From IMG/VR virus record IMGVR_UViG_3300033070_001583, positions 11,154 to 75,153 of that record: a stretch of DNA of 64,000 nucleotides; one strand, written 5' to 3'. The notes under the pieces were generated by a model. It made no database searches, had not been told where the DNA came from, and saw only the letters and a list, made by a program, of their open reading frames with translations. The position numbers and the translations under genes are program-made. This document shows positions 29,794 through 40,734 of the stretch, in pieces (within the stretch, counting starts at the first letter, position 1; the number at the start of each line of letters is the position of its first letter). The DNA is from a virus (Duplodnaviria; Caudoviricetes).

Positions 29794-31158
29794 ATGTCTG
29801 AAGCTGACATCATCAAACAGATAGCTGAAGGAGCAAGTTATAGAACTCTAGTTGATCGTCTCATGAGAGACGTGATCAATGGTCTCTATCAACCTGGACT
29901 ACCTCCAGTGCTGCACAGGTATATTGCACTGGAGGTATTTTCGAATCCGATCTCTGAACTTGATGATGAAAAGTATGCAGCACTTCACGAAAAATATGAT
30001 TTCTCAGATGAAATAAATTGGAGAGATCTTCCGATTGGTACCATTCTCGCAGTAAAACAACAAGACGGTACATCTCAATCGCGTGGAAGGTTTGTATATC
30101 CAATCTTTTCTTCTCACCTACAGCTTCCGATCAAACCAGGTGAACACATCTGGGTGATGTTCGAGACATTGATCGATCAAGCGATTCAGAGAGCTTATTA
30201 CATCGGTAGGATTCACGAGCCAAGATCCGTAGAGGATGCAAATCATACGCACGCGCCGAGAGCATGGTGCGCAGCGGCGAATCCTCTCGAATCTGATGAG
30301 CCAGGAAAACCGCCGCAGTATAATTTTGCGAATGGTGTTGCAACTGTAGATCCAGCCGATGGAAGCGTTTACGTCTCCCCGGAGACTGCTCCGCTTCCTG
30401 GCGGAGAAACAGCATACGAAGATCTTCTTCAAACATCAGTAACTAGCGCATCTCATAAACGACAATCAGTACCCAGATTTCATAAGCCGCCGCCAGATGC
30501 TGCGGTAATGGGATCTAACAACACGCTCATTCATCTTGGAACTCTAGAGCAAGGTGATACAAAAGAAGGAGTAATCGACACCGTAGTGGGCCGCGGACGC
30601 ACTCCAGAGACAGCTCCCCTCACTGTTGAAAACTCATTGAAAGAGACCGAGGCTGACAAATCCAATGGGAATGAGAACCCAAATGAGGGTAATGCAGACT
30701 ATACGAACGATGCAGCGCGAGTCATGCTTTGCATCAATGTCAACCTTGACGATCTTTTCAAGCTCTCACTGCAGAACTCCGGTGTGAGCGGATCAGATGG
30801 CTCGGGAATCGTTATCAAAGCAGACCATCTGAGATTCATCGCAAGAAAATCTTGTATGATCACCGTGAAAGGATCGTCAAAGGATCCAACGACGGGAATT
30901 GAAGTTGAGTCTGACGATCCGACGACCTGGTGTAGCTTTGGAGTCGTCGACGGTAACTTCATCTTCAAGCCGTCTGAAACGGGATACATCAAGCTCGGAG
31001 GAGACGATGCAAATCAAGCAATTCTCTGCACATCACAGCCCGCGGCGGTGGCGGGCGGGACTGTTACTGCTCCTCCCACGATATCGACAATGGGAGGAGC
31101 GATTGGAACGGGAGCGCCGAGTCAAGGTGGATATTCAAAGAAAGTTTTGATTAAATGA
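29794..31158 (+). CDS. Putative baseplate hub/spike protein (gp5/VgrG-like)
   Basis: OB-fold-like PIFS..LQLPIKPGEHIWV...YYIGRI; position just before gp25 and gp6. Confidence 0.55.
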   Translation: MSEADIIKQIAEGASYRTLVDRLMRDVINGLYQPGLPPVLHRYIALEVFSNPISELDDEKYAALHEKYDFSDEINWRDLPIGTILAVKQQDGTSQSRGRFVYPIFSSHLQLPIKPGEHIWVMFETLIDQAIQRAYYIGRIHEPRSVEDANHTHAPRAWCAAANPLESDEPGKPPQYNFANGVATVDPADGSVYVSPETAPLPGGETAYEDLLQTSVTSASHKRQSVPRFHKPPPDAAVMGSNNTLIHLGTLEQGDTKEGVIDTVVGRGRTPETAPLTVENSLKETEADKSNGNENPNEGNADYTNDAARVMLCINVNLDDLFKLSLQNSGVSGSDGSGIVIKADHLRFIARKSCMITVKGSSKDPTTGIEVESDDPTTWCSFGVVDGNFIFKPSETGYIKLGGDDANQAILCTSQPAAVAGGTVTAPPTISTMGGAIGTGAPSQGGYSKKVLIK

Positions 31159-32858
31159 AATGTCAAGAGGGGGCTGGTATTCTCGATGCGAATGGTAAAC
31201 TAACAAAACCAGCAAGAGACAAATTCGTAGAAGATGTCAAAAAAAAGCTGAAGGCTCTTGATACTGGATTCCCAGTTCCATGCGGGAAGCCTTTGAAACC
31301 AATCTCGCTCGATATTCCGCTCGAGGACGAGGCTCTGTTCCCAGATTTTCACAAGTCTTACGTTGGAGCATACGAGGCAATCGCAAAGACGCTTAATGTT
31401 GAATCGAATTTCGCGTTCCTACCACTCTGCGATATTCTTGCGTTTGGAGTCAACCTTAATCTAAATGTTCCGCAACTATCACTTCCAGATTTGCTTGCCG
31501 CACTTATTGTTCCAACACCAGACTTTTTGTTGGATTTTGGAGTACCGGTACCAGATCTTCCGAGCATTGTTGCAAAATTTCCTTCTTTTAACATTCCAGT
31601 TGTTAAAATACCTCCATTCGATCTTCCTCCAATTCCAGCTTACGATGTACCTCTTCCTGCGTTCGATTTTTTTGTAAAATTTCCTCTAGAACTTCCAAAG
31701 CTTCTGGTTGATCTAGCACTGCAGATTCCTTCATTTGCTGCAAAAATTCCAATAGAATTTTTGGCAGACATCTGTAAGCTAGTACAAAAAGTTCTTCCTC
31801 CACCGGCGCCGCTTGGAAGTCCTGATCCATCAGCGGTAGAACTATCAGTAGTCCAAATCGCCGGTGCACAGGTGCTTGCAGAGAAAACTACAGAATGTCT
31901 CTCTATCGCAGTGGTTGGGTCAACACTTGGCGTTGCGGACGCTGGACTCGTTGGTCACATGGGCGCTGGATACGGTTACAGACCTCCGCCTGCAAGTGGA
32001 GAACAGAAAAAGCTTACACCGCCAGAACAGATTATCAAACTTGCAAAAGGAGCATCAGGTCTCAGTTACGTTTCGACATACATTAAGTCAATTGTAAAAA
32101 ATGATAAGGGAAAAGATGAGCCGAAATTTACCGAAGTGTCGACAAGAGAGAAGTACCTTCAATTCATTCTTCCAACTGATACTCCAACATTTCAACAAAA
32201 TACTGGCAAGACTCTTTCATCTTGCGGAACTTTTCTGAGAGCACTTCTATTCCACGCAGGATCAAAGCGTGATGAAATCACTCAGCCGTATGAGACTCTC
32301 ACAAAGACGAAATCGATACTTGCAGTTCTTCTTGATCTAGGCAGAGAGCTCGATAAGATGGTGTACGATCTGTCTGATGGAAAGTCTCCTGAAAAGAAAC
32401 CAACAGCTAGCATGTTCAACATCCAGCCGGGAGAGAAAGCATATGCAGTTCTTGTTGGGGGCTCCGGACAGTACGAAAAAGAGTTCGGTGGTACAGAACA
32501 CATTCTTCTTATCACATCAAGAGTAGAAAATTCAGATGAATCGCTTGGAATCAAACGTCCTGGAACGCCTCATGGGCCGGCCTACATTGGAATCGAAGGT
32601 GGCCAGGGAACATCTGCAAAAGGATACGGAATCGGTACTGCGCTATACGGATTCTACACAGATGCGAATGGATATGGTTGGGCCACACGGTGGTTCAGAT
32701 CAGATCAAAAAGAAATTATTTCTTATGATACAGGATCTCCCGGCGATCCTGCGAATCAAGTGACTGCTCTACCAGATAGCACGAAATACGCTCCTGCTGA
32801 GTCAAGAAAAATAAGGGCAATCATTGACCTCGGAGGCATTCTAGCTGCGACGAAATAG
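31155..32858 (+). CDS. Baseplate-region protein: Pro/Leu-rich N-terminal half plus Cys-His peptidase-like C-terminal domain
   Basis: LP/IP/VP-rich segment; LSSCGTF, AVLVGG, GGTEHILL, IEGGQ motifs. Confidence 0.6.
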   Translation: MKCQEGAGILDANGKLTKPARDKFVEDVKKKLKALDTGFPVPCGKPLKPISLDIPLEDEALFPDFHKSYVGAYEAIAKTLNVESNFAFLPLCDILAFGVNLNLNVPQLSLPDLLAALIVPTPDFLLDFGVPVPDLPSIVAKFPSFNIPVVKIPPFDLPPIPAYDVPLPAFDFFVKFPLELPKLLVDLALQIPSFAAKIPIEFLADICKLVQKVLPPPAPLGSPDPSAVELSVVQIAGAQVLAEKTTECLSIAVVGSTLGVADAGLVGHMGAGYGYRPPPASGEQKKLTPPEQIIKLAKGASGLSYVSTYIKSIVKNDKGKDEPKFTEVSTREKYLQFILPTDTPTFQQNTGKTLSSCGTFLRALLFHAGSKRDEITQPYETLTKTKSILAVLLDLGRELDKMVYDLSDGKSPEKKPTASMFNIQPGEKAYAVLVGGSGQYEKEFGGTEHILLITSRVENSDESLGIKRPGTPHGPAYIGIEGGQGTSAKGYGIGTALYGFYTDANGYGWATRWFRSDQKEIISYDTGSPGDPANQVTALPDSTKYAPAESRKIRAIIDLGGILAATK

Positions 32859-32888
32859 CCCGTGAGTGGGTTATTATGATAAGACGGA

Positions 32889-33365
32889 ATGCCAATCAGT
32901 TTTAAGAACGTAGGTAAGACTGTTATACAGAAGCAGGAACAGGCTGACGCTATCATACAGCAATCAGTTCCATACGGATTTCTTACGCCTCTAAAGCTCG
33001 GATCTGATACTGACGGTATCTTTGCGATGTCGACATCGCTCGATGCGCAGATATCAGATAATCTAAGAAATCTACTTCAGACGAATCATGGCGAAAGATT
33101 GGGACTCCCAGGACTAGGAGCAAATCTAAGACCTTTGGCTTTGGAGTATACGAACACAGATTCTTTTGATGCTCTCGCAGTTGAAAGAATCAAGGCTGCG
33201 GTTTCGAAATGGATGCCGTACATTGATCTTCAAACATTCTCTTCCGCTGTCGTCTCTGGCAATAGAGGAAATAGAGTGGCCGCTGTAAATATAACGATTG
33301 GTTATGGAATACCATCACTCAGTGTGCAAGATAGACAGATAACTGTAACGATTTACGTAACATGA
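32889..33365 (+). CDS. Baseplate wedge subunit, GPW/gp25 family
   Basis: ISDNLRNLLQTNHGERLGLPGLGANL...KWMPYI. Confidence 0.9.
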   Translation: MPISFKNVGKTVIQKQEQADAIIQQSVPYGFLTPLKLGSDTDGIFAMSTSLDAQISDNLRNLLQTNHGERLGLPGLGANLRPLALEYTNTDSFDALAVERIKAAVSKWMPYIDLQTFSSAVVSGNRGNRVAAVNITIGYGIPSLSVQDRQITVTIYVT

Positions 33366-35230
33366 CAACATCAGATACAAAAACACAGCAAGTACGCCAG
33401 CGAACGTATCTGAACAGAGACTTCGCGACAAACAGGAATGCAATTGTCAATTACGCAAGGAAGTACTACCCAACAAAAATTCAAGATCTATCTGAAACAG
33501 GTGTTGGAGGTCTTCTTGTAGATATGGCGGCAGTCGTAGGAGACAATCTAAACTTCTATCTCGATTTCCAGTTCTCAGAACTCGATATCGATACAGCAGT
33601 AGAAAATGTCAACATTGAACGTGCTCTTAGGAACTCTGGCGTTCCAATTTCTGGTGCGGCGCCGGCGATTGTACCAGTTGATATTACGTTCGAGATACCG
33701 GCAGTAACGACAGGTGGAAAATCTGAGCCAGATACGACTGCACTTCCAGTACTACAAACTGCAGTAATTGCTAGCGATTCTGGAGTGCAGTTCAATCTAT
33801 TGGAATCCATAAACTTTACAACAAGAAACGCAGATGGTACTCTTGCAGCATCTGTTTCAATACTGAAAACATTCCCTGATGGAACAATTAAAAGCTACGC
33901 TATCACGAAAAGAGGAACAGCACTCTCTGGAAATATAACGACAGAAACTGTTGTCATCGGTTCAAACTTCGTGCCATTCAGAAGAGTTGCTCTCTCGCAG
34001 AAAGATATTTCAGAGATTATCAGCGTGCAAGATGATCTAGGAAATGTGTATTACGAAGTAAAAGATTTGAGTCAAGATACCGTTTTTGTTCCTGTTACGA
34101 ATACGTCGTCTGACTCGATGGAGGTACCGTCAAGCCTGAAAATGATATCTGCACCGTACCGTTACACAAAGCAAGTTGAACTTTCGACTCGATCTACTGT
34201 TCTAACTCTCGGTGGCGGTAATGCAGAAACATTTGAGGATGACGTAATTCCAGATCCATCGGACATAGCGCTTCCGTATCAGTACAGATCTAGCTTCCCG
34301 ATTGAGCCAATCGATCCGAATTCTTTGCTAGCAACGAAGACTCTTGGAGTATACGCCGTCAATACAAACCTGAACGTGACGTACAGGTATGGAGGAGGAT
34401 TGAATCACAATGCAATCGCAAATTCAATCAGATCTGTCGAAACATTTCAGCTTACGTTTCCTGGAAATCCTTCATTCTCGGTTTCAAGGAGCGTGAGAGC
34501 ATCGATTAAATGTAACAACCCTGTTCGCGCAAGAGGCGGTGACGATGCTCCTTCTATCGATGAGCTGAAGTCTGTTGTTGGCGCATATAGGAATTCGCAA
34601 TCGAGAATCGTGACTGCAAGCGATATGCTGGCCAGAGTGTACACGCTCCCATCAAATTTTGGACGTGTGTACAGGGCCGGAATCAGATCGTCATCTAATT
34701 CTCCATTTGCAACAAAACTTTACATCATCTCTAGGGACGGAGATGGTAAGCTCGCTGTATCAAGTGATACACTGAAGAAAAATCTAAGAACGTATCTCAA
34801 CCCGCAGAGACTGATAGGAGATGCAGTCGATATTCTTGATGTGAGCATCGTAAATCTGAAAGTCGAATTTGATATTTCAACCGATTCAATATCGAACCGT
34901 CAGGTTGTGATCCAGTCAGTCCTCAAGAATTTGAAAAAGTTCTTTGACACAAAGAACTTTAACGTAGATCAGCCGATCATCATCACTGAGGTATCGAAAG
35001 TCATCTCGATAACGCCTGGTGTCATATCTGTAAATCAGATCAAATTTTCTGAATTGCAGGGATTCATAAACAACAGAGAATATCCTGGTTCGTCTTTCGA
35101 TGTTGCCGGATCAACGAAGCGAAACATTTTGTACCCGCCAGAGGGCGGAATGTTTGAGATAAGATATCCAGACACTGACATTATTGGAAGAGCAGAATTA
35201 AATGATACTTGCACTCACTGCCAGCGCTGA
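33362..35230 (+). CDS. Baseplate wedge protein, T4 gp6 / baseplate J-like
   Basis: RDF...AIVNYARKYYP...DLSETGVGGLLVDMAAVVGDNLNFYLD; YRYGGG; GGDDAPSIDEL; RIVTASD. Confidence 0.88.
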   Translation: MTTSDTKTQQVRQRTYLNRDFATNRNAIVNYARKYYPTKIQDLSETGVGGLLVDMAAVVGDNLNFYLDFQFSELDIDTAVENVNIERALRNSGVPISGAAPAIVPVDITFEIPAVTTGGKSEPDTTALPVLQTAVIASDSGVQFNLLESINFTTRNADGTLAASVSILKTFPDGTIKSYAITKRGTALSGNITTETVVIGSNFVPFRRVALSQKDISEIISVQDDLGNVYYEVKDLSQDTVFVPVTNTSSDSMEVPSSLKMISAPYRYTKQVELSTRSTVLTLGGGNAETFEDDVIPDPSDIALPYQYRSSFPIEPIDPNSLLATKTLGVYAVNTNLNVTYRYGGGLNHNAIANSIRSVETFQLTFPGNPSFSVSRSVRASIKCNNPVRARGGDDAPSIDELKSVVGAYRNSQSRIVTASDMLARVYTLPSNFGRVYRAGIRSSSNSPFATKLYIISRDGDGKLAVSSDTLKKNLRTYLNPQRLIGDAVDILDVSIVNLKVEFDISTDSISNRQVVIQSVLKNLKKFFDTKNFNVDQPIIITEVSKVISITPGVISVNQIKFSELQGFINNREYPGSSFDVAGSTKRNILYPPEGGMFEIRYPDTDIIGRAELNDTCTHCQR

Positions 35231-36701
35231 TGGTTACATCACAAATCGTTACATCGGTGGTATATCGCGCACCCGTTCGAATACTGGAAGGGCAGGAACG
35301 CTTGATATTTTCAAACTGTATGGAGTTACGTCAACGCTATTTGGTACTGGTTCCGTACCAAATAGAGAAATATCTCGCGCTCTCATAAAATTTGATCTTG
35401 AGCCTCTGAGACGTCTCGTTTCTGCAGGAGCTATATCATTTGCAGACTCGACGTTCTCTGCAAATATGAAGCTTTACAATTCCAACGGTGGACAGTCGAT
35501 ACCTGAGAATTTTACTCTCTCTTTGCATCCTCTGTCTGCTAGCTTCGATGAGGGAAGAGGAAGAGACATTGCTCTGTTCAATGACGTCGACTCATGTAAC
35601 TGGCTTACATCTAGCGTCAATCCTCTCCGCACCTGGGTACAATCGGGTGCAGGAGCATCAGGATCTGCAGGACAGAGTGTCGACATTCTTACAGATGTCG
35701 GATCTCAGCAGGTATCTGCGTCACAGAGATTCGTAACGGGTCTCGAAGATCTCTCTGTGAATGTGACACCATACGTTTCTTGTACGCTGGCAGGGATCGC
35801 ATCAGATAACGGTTTCAGACTCTCTTTTTCATCAGTCGAAGAAGACGATGAATACACATATTTTGTTAAACGTTTTGCCTCTCGTCACACGCATGATAAG
35901 AGACTACAACCGAAGCTTTTCATCACATATGATGATTCTATCTTGGATGATTCTCCAGCTCCGCTGTTCTCAGTCACGGGAACTTATGCGTTCACGAATT
36001 CTCTGAGAGGCCGCCCAGTACCATTTACATCTGCTTCTGTGCAGATTACTGGATCATCAAGAGTGAATCTGAGATTGGTGAACAGATCGTCTGGTAGTGC
36101 TACAACGTACATTTTTCCGGGTGCTTCTGCAGTGAACAGGAGCGCAGGAACATACATTGCCAGCGGTTCCATAACACCAACGCAGCATATGCTCGAGCAA
36201 CTGGCTGTATCAGGATCGGTCAAATTCGAATCGTACTGGGAGTCTGTTGATGGAACTGTATCCTATGCAACGGGATCAAATCTCAGATTTCGTACAGTTA
36301 CGCTAGCTCCGACAGTTCCAAGTGCGGCAACAGTCGTCAATGTAACTGGAGCATCGGGAGAGATAGAGAAATCGAACGGGATCACAATGACATGCTTCAT
36401 TGACGATCCATTCAACAAATCTGATACTCCTCCGTCTAGAACGCCAAGAGCCAGCAAAACTGTGCTCTACAGAGATGTGCACTATCAAATCCGCGAGAAG
36501 CAGACAGGAAACATCTGTGTACCGATTGATACAATCACGCATTCGACAAGAATGTCGAATGACGAAGATCGTTACTATTTCACGCTTCCTACGAGCTGTC
36601 TATCTCCTGGAGTCGTATACGTTGTTGACGTCGTAATATGGAATGGCACTGATCGAGTTGATTTCAAGTCAGCTTCTGGTCAGTTTTGGGTAGTAGAATG
36701 A
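35202..36701 (+). CDS. Virion protein with DNRLRE/CBM96-like N-terminal domain
   Basis: ASADGYITN...SRALIKFDL...PKLFITY pattern; structural module context. Confidence 0.55.
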   Translation: MILALTASADGYITNRYIGGISRTRSNTGRAGTLDIFKLYGVTSTLFGTGSVPNREISRALIKFDLEPLRRLVSAGAISFADSTFSANMKLYNSNGGQSIPENFTLSLHPLSASFDEGRGRDIALFNDVDSCNWLTSSVNPLRTWVQSGAGASGSAGQSVDILTDVGSQQVSASQRFVTGLEDLSVNVTPYVSCTLAGIASDNGFRLSFSSVEEDDEYTYFVKRFASRHTHDKRLQPKLFITYDDSILDDSPAPLFSVTGTYAFTNSLRGRPVPFTSASVQITGSSRVNLRLVNRSSGSATTYIFPGASAVNRSAGTYIASGSITPTQHMLEQLAVSGSVKFESYWESVDGTVSYATGSNLRFRTVTLAPTVPSAATVVNVTGASGEIEKSNGITMTCFIDDPFNKSDTPPSRTPRASKTVLYRDVHYQIREKQTGNICVPIDTITHSTRMSNDEDRYYFTLPTSCLSPGVVYVVDVVIWNGTDRVDFKSASGQFWVVE

Positions 36702-39700
36702 TCATCAAACCAAAACTGCTTTCAAAATCTGAGATATCATCGCTGAAACATGGAAATAGTCCAGTATCTCACTCGATATCATCTCTACCTGAAACGAACG
36801 TATCGGATGAAAATAACATCAGGTACGCTAGAGGTAATGGTGTCAAATCAACACAGCAGCTTCGAGTTAATTGGTCTAATTTCTCAGATCACACATTTTT
36901 TCAATCCGCTGTCGTAAAAACGAACGTTGCATTCGATAACATTATCAACGAGTATCCATTCGATGGATCTCGAGCAATTATCGAATCGTTCGAAGACTCA
37001 CTGACAGGATTCGAAAAATGGGTTCTTGATTCATTTCCAAAGTCAGTGGGATACGTTCAGCTGTCTGGAACGAATGCCCCAGAAGCCTCCGGTGGAGCTT
37101 ATCTTCAAGTACAAGATTCAAAAGGATATCTCTATCCTGAAACGATCAGTGAATCTGGATTGCCTGCGTTCGTTACAACTGGTAGTTTCTGTTTGGAATT
37201 TCATGCGAATGTTCCCTCAAGATCAAACGCAAATCAGGCAATATTTCAGATGCTCGGCACAGATCAGGGACTGTCTGTGCACCTCAGTGGTTCTTCTACG
37301 TCGAATGCGACAATCGAATTTAATGTGTGGTCCGGTAGTCTGTCTCTTAGCAGCCAGCACACTGCACAAAAGGGAGTGTTCAATCACCATGCATGCGTGT
37401 ACGATTCAGAAACCGGGACGTTCAGGACATACTTGAATGGCGCGTTTTCGAGCGAATCATCGACAGTTGCAAAGGCGATCTCTATAAGATCGTCTGTCGG
37501 ACCAGCTGTCACGATTGCGACTGGCACTAATTGTACATTTCCGGGCGGTAGCATTTCTCTATCTGAAACATTTTCTGGTTCACTGGATGAATTGAGATTT
37601 TTCAAATCAGCTAGAACAGCAGATCAGATCTCATATTACAGAACGAGAAATGTTTTTAGAGACAGTACAAATGAATTGTCTCTTTGTTATAGATTCAACG
37701 AACCTAATGACGGAATGTCGTCTGGAACGCTATCAAGATTCGTTCTAGATTATTCTGGCAATTCGTTGCACAGCTTGTGGTCAGATTCAGCTTACGTAAC
37801 ACGTGTAACTGGGACAAGAGATCAAAATCCTCTTACGAACGAAAGAGAGAGAGATAATCATGTTCTTTTTGCTTCAAATCAGAGAGTCGAGTCGTTCAAT
37901 CAAGAACTCATCACATCTGGTACAGAATATGATCTTGTAAATCCAAACACGATTACAAGGCTCGTGCCTCCGCACTATTTGCTCGATGGAAAGAATGAGA
38001 GGTTCGATGATACAATCTACGGGAATGCTACGGATGCTTACAGTGCAGCCGCGGGACCTGGTACTGGCAAAACTCCAGCCCCACAAGAGTTTCTCGGTCT
38101 ACTACACTCATACGCTCAGTACTACGACGAATTGAAACTGTTTGTCGCATCTGCCGCAAATCTGAGATTTGTCGATTATAACGAGTATGATACAGCTCCT
38201 GATGAATTTCTGAGAGATCTTGCAAAGTCTTACGGAATTACACTCCCGCCTCTGTACGTTGGAGCATCGCTCGGTCAGTACACAGAGGGATACGACTCAG
38301 TCGAAACAAACGATTCAGAACGTTCACTCGAGTACGTGCAAAATGAGCTTACAAGAAGATTCCTCACATCAGCGAATCATCTTTTGAGATCCAAGGGAAC
38401 GCAAGAGAGTATAAAGGGAACTCTAAGGGCGTATGGTCTCGATCCAAATAACACGTTCAAAATAAAAGAACGCGGTGGCACAGCAATTTCAGATATACGG
38501 CTTGCAAGAGAGAAAAGATCTGACGTATTCCCAATGGTATCATTCGGAGACACAGCGGGAGTCGTTCTGTCATATCTTTCTTCTAGCAGAATTGAAGTTG
38601 GATCACCGTCTTCAACGGCATTCGTTCAACAGACACAGTACCCGCCTCACGGAATTTCGCCAACAAAGTCTGATGGTCTCTTTACATCAGGCTCGTGGAC
38701 GTTTGAAACTTACGTAAGATTTCCTACAGCGGCATCGCGAGCCGGATATGCAACCATCGCAAGGTTTGCTACGACTGGAACAATATCAACAAAGCCTGTC
38801 TGCTGGGGAGCCGTTACTGCATACAGCTCTTCTCTTCCAGGCGAGGGTCACATCACGTTTGCAGTATGCCCGTACTCTGGATCAGTTACGAATGAGATCG
38901 TAGTCTCAGGCAGCATATACGATGGATCTGTCTGGCATATTGCAGCAGGAAGAGACAGAGCTGACATTGCGTCAGGTTCTTTCGCTATTTCATCGTCGTA
39001 TTTTCTCTATGTCACGCGTCAGACGAATGATGGTGGAACTTCTCTAAATGCCACGTCATCATTCGTTTATGATGGAGCATCAAGCATACTACAAAACATC
39101 TCGACATCGCATAATGCATCTGGCAGTATGATTCTTTTCGGAGCCGGTACTGGGGCAGTTGCAACAGGAGCAGGTTTTATCGAAGGAAATGAATTTGCAT
39201 CAGGTTCATCTGGATATCGTCTTGGTAGAACAAGATGGTGGAATCACGCTCTGTCTTACAAAGCAATCAGAGAGCATGCACTCGATCCGTACAATTATGG
39301 AAGCGATGATGCTCTCTCATCAGGACTGAGATACAGCGATGTTACAGGCTCTTGGGGAAGACTGAGATCAGAGATTTTTGTAAAGCAGACAGAGCCAGCG
39401 ACGAGCGCGGGCGCGTTCTCATTCGCGAATACGATTTCTGGATCACTTGTATCAGGAATCGGAAGTGGCTTCGAAGCATCTGTCACTCCTTACAAAAACG
39501 CGTATTTCGAATACACGCACATTGCCCCATCGTTCGATGAGTCGATTACTGATTACAAGATTAGAATTAGAAGTTATCAAGATAGGAGCTCTTTTGAAGG
39601 GTACAGCTGGGAGGATATCGCTCCTGTGACAAGAATTAATCCAAAGGAAACTTCTTACGATAATCCGTACGTCACAGTAGAGATGGGACTCGTTGATATC

Positions 39701-40084
39701 TACAACAGAGACATCATCAGGTCAATCGGAAATCCAGAGCTCCTCGACACATACATGGGAGCTGTACACAATTTGTACGATGATTCGTACTCTGATATTG
39801 CAAAGCTAGTCTCGGCTCATTCTTCAAGGCTCGCCGGAAGAGTCAATTTCAAGACCTATCACTCATTCTTCAAATGGATTCAAGCAAGTATAGGTGATCT
39901 ACTTGCTCAGTTCATACCGAATAAAGCAAGATTCAATGGTATGAACTACGTGATCGAACCTGGATTGCACGAGAGGGCAAGAATTCGTTACATACCGCCA
40001 ACTTATTACATCAGCGAGAGTGATTCTCTGAGAGACCGGCAGATTGGCCTGACACTCATAACTGGACTTGTAAGGAGATACTGA
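36698..40084 (+). CDS. Baseplate/tail protein with LamG (ConA-like) domains
   Basis: HHACVYD...YLNG...FSGSLDELRF and WHIAAGR; LRDLAKSYG...KGT..SI tail-wedge motif. Confidence 0.75.
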   Translation: MIIKPKLLSKSEISSLKHGNSPVSHSISSLPETNVSDENNIRYARGNGVKSTQQLRVNWSNFSDHTFFQSAVVKTNVAFDNIINEYPFDGSRAIIESFEDSLTGFEKWVLDSFPKSVGYVQLSGTNAPEASGGAYLQVQDSKGYLYPETISESGLPAFVTTGSFCLEFHANVPSRSNANQAIFQMLGTDQGLSVHLSGSSTSNATIEFNVWSGSLSLSSQHTAQKGVFNHHACVYDSETGTFRTYLNGAFSSESSTVAKAISIRSSVGPAVTIATGTNCTFPGGSISLSETFSGSLDELRFFKSARTADQISYYRTRNVFRDSTNELSLCYRFNEPNDGMSSGTLSRFVLDYSGNSLHSLWSDSAYVTRVTGTRDQNPLTNERERDNHVLFASNQRVESFNQELITSGTEYDLVNPNTITRLVPPHYLLDGKNERFDDTIYGNATDAYSAAAGPGTGKTPAPQEFLGLLHSYAQYYDELKLFVASAANLRFVDYNEYDTAPDEFLRDLAKSYGITLPPLYVGASLGQYTEGYDSVETNDSERSLEYVQNELTRRFLTSANHLLRSKGTQESIKGTLRAYGLDPNNTFKIKERGGTAISDIRLAREKRSDVFPMVSFGDTAGVVLSYLSSSRIEVGSPSSTAFVQQTQYPPHGISPTKSDGLFTSGSWTFETYVRFPTAASRAGYATIARFATTGTISTKPVCWGAVTAYSSSLPGEGHITFAVCPYSGSVTNEIVVSGSIYDGSVWHIAAGRDRADIASGSFAISSSYFLYVTRQTNDGGTSLNATSSFVYDGASSILQNISTSHNASGSMILFGAGTGAVATGAGFIEGNEFASGSSGYRLGRTRWWNHALSYKAIREHALDPYNYGSDDALSSGLRYSDVTGSWGRLRSEIFVKQTEPATSAGAFSFANTISGSLVSGIGSGFEASVTPYKNAYFEYTHIAPSFDESITDYKIRIRSYQDRSSFEGYSWEDIAPVTRINPKETSYDNPYVTVEMGLVDIYNRDIIRSIGNPELLDTYMGAVHNLYDDSYSDIAKLVSAHSSRLAGRVNFKTYHSFFKWIQASIGDLLAQFIPNKARFNGMNYVIEPGLHERARIRYIPPTYYISESDSLRDRQIGLTLITGLVRRY

Positions 40085-40734
40085 TGATACCATTCGATGA
40101 TTCACCGCAGAGACCCCAAACAGGTTCAGGAGGAATTGACACATCTGAGTATGATAGATTCAGATCAGGAGTTGAGATCAGATCTCAAAAACAAGCTCTG
40201 CAGCCAATGTGCGTTATTCACAGCGGAGATTCAGAAGATGCAACGAATCACGACTTCGTCGACACTTCCATCGGTCACGCAGAAGCAAAGTACTTTACTA
40301 CCGTTTCTGACTCTGATTATGAGATATCGCCGGCGCTACGATTGAGATCTTCCGTTACGAATGTTACAGGATCGTTTGTCATGCAGAGTACAGCCAAAGG
40401 GTACTCTGCTGTACGCAGCGTTGGTGCAGATGAGACGTCTTCATTCGGTGATAGGGATATCCCTCCAATATCGGTCGATCCTCTGAAAGATGGCGGTGTG
40501 TCGGATAGATACTCAGGTATAAGAGTAGAAAAATACTCGAGACAACGAATCAGTCTAAAATTCGACGATACGAGATACAGACGATACATCTCAAGAATCG
40601 CATTCTCGCAGCCTGACACGAGCTATAATACAGAAGAATCTGGCGTTGGAGTGAGATACAGAGGCACAAGCGGATTTGTTTGCGACACTCCGTATGGAAC
40701 TGACAGCGTTGCATACTGTGGACTCACAAAATGA
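40084..40734 (+). CDS. Hypothetical virion-module protein
   Basis: ORF with overlapping start and stop junctions. Confidence 0.7.
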   Translation: MIPFDDSPQRPQTGSGGIDTSEYDRFRSGVEIRSQKQALQPMCVIHSGDSEDATNHDFVDTSIGHAEAKYFTTVSDSDYEISPALRLRSSVTNVTGSFVMQSTAKGYSAVRSVGADETSSFGDRDIPPISVDPLKDGGVSDRYSGIRVEKYSRQRISLKFDDTRYRRYISRIAFSQPDTSYNTEESGVGVRYRGTSGFVCDTPYGTDSVAYCGLTK

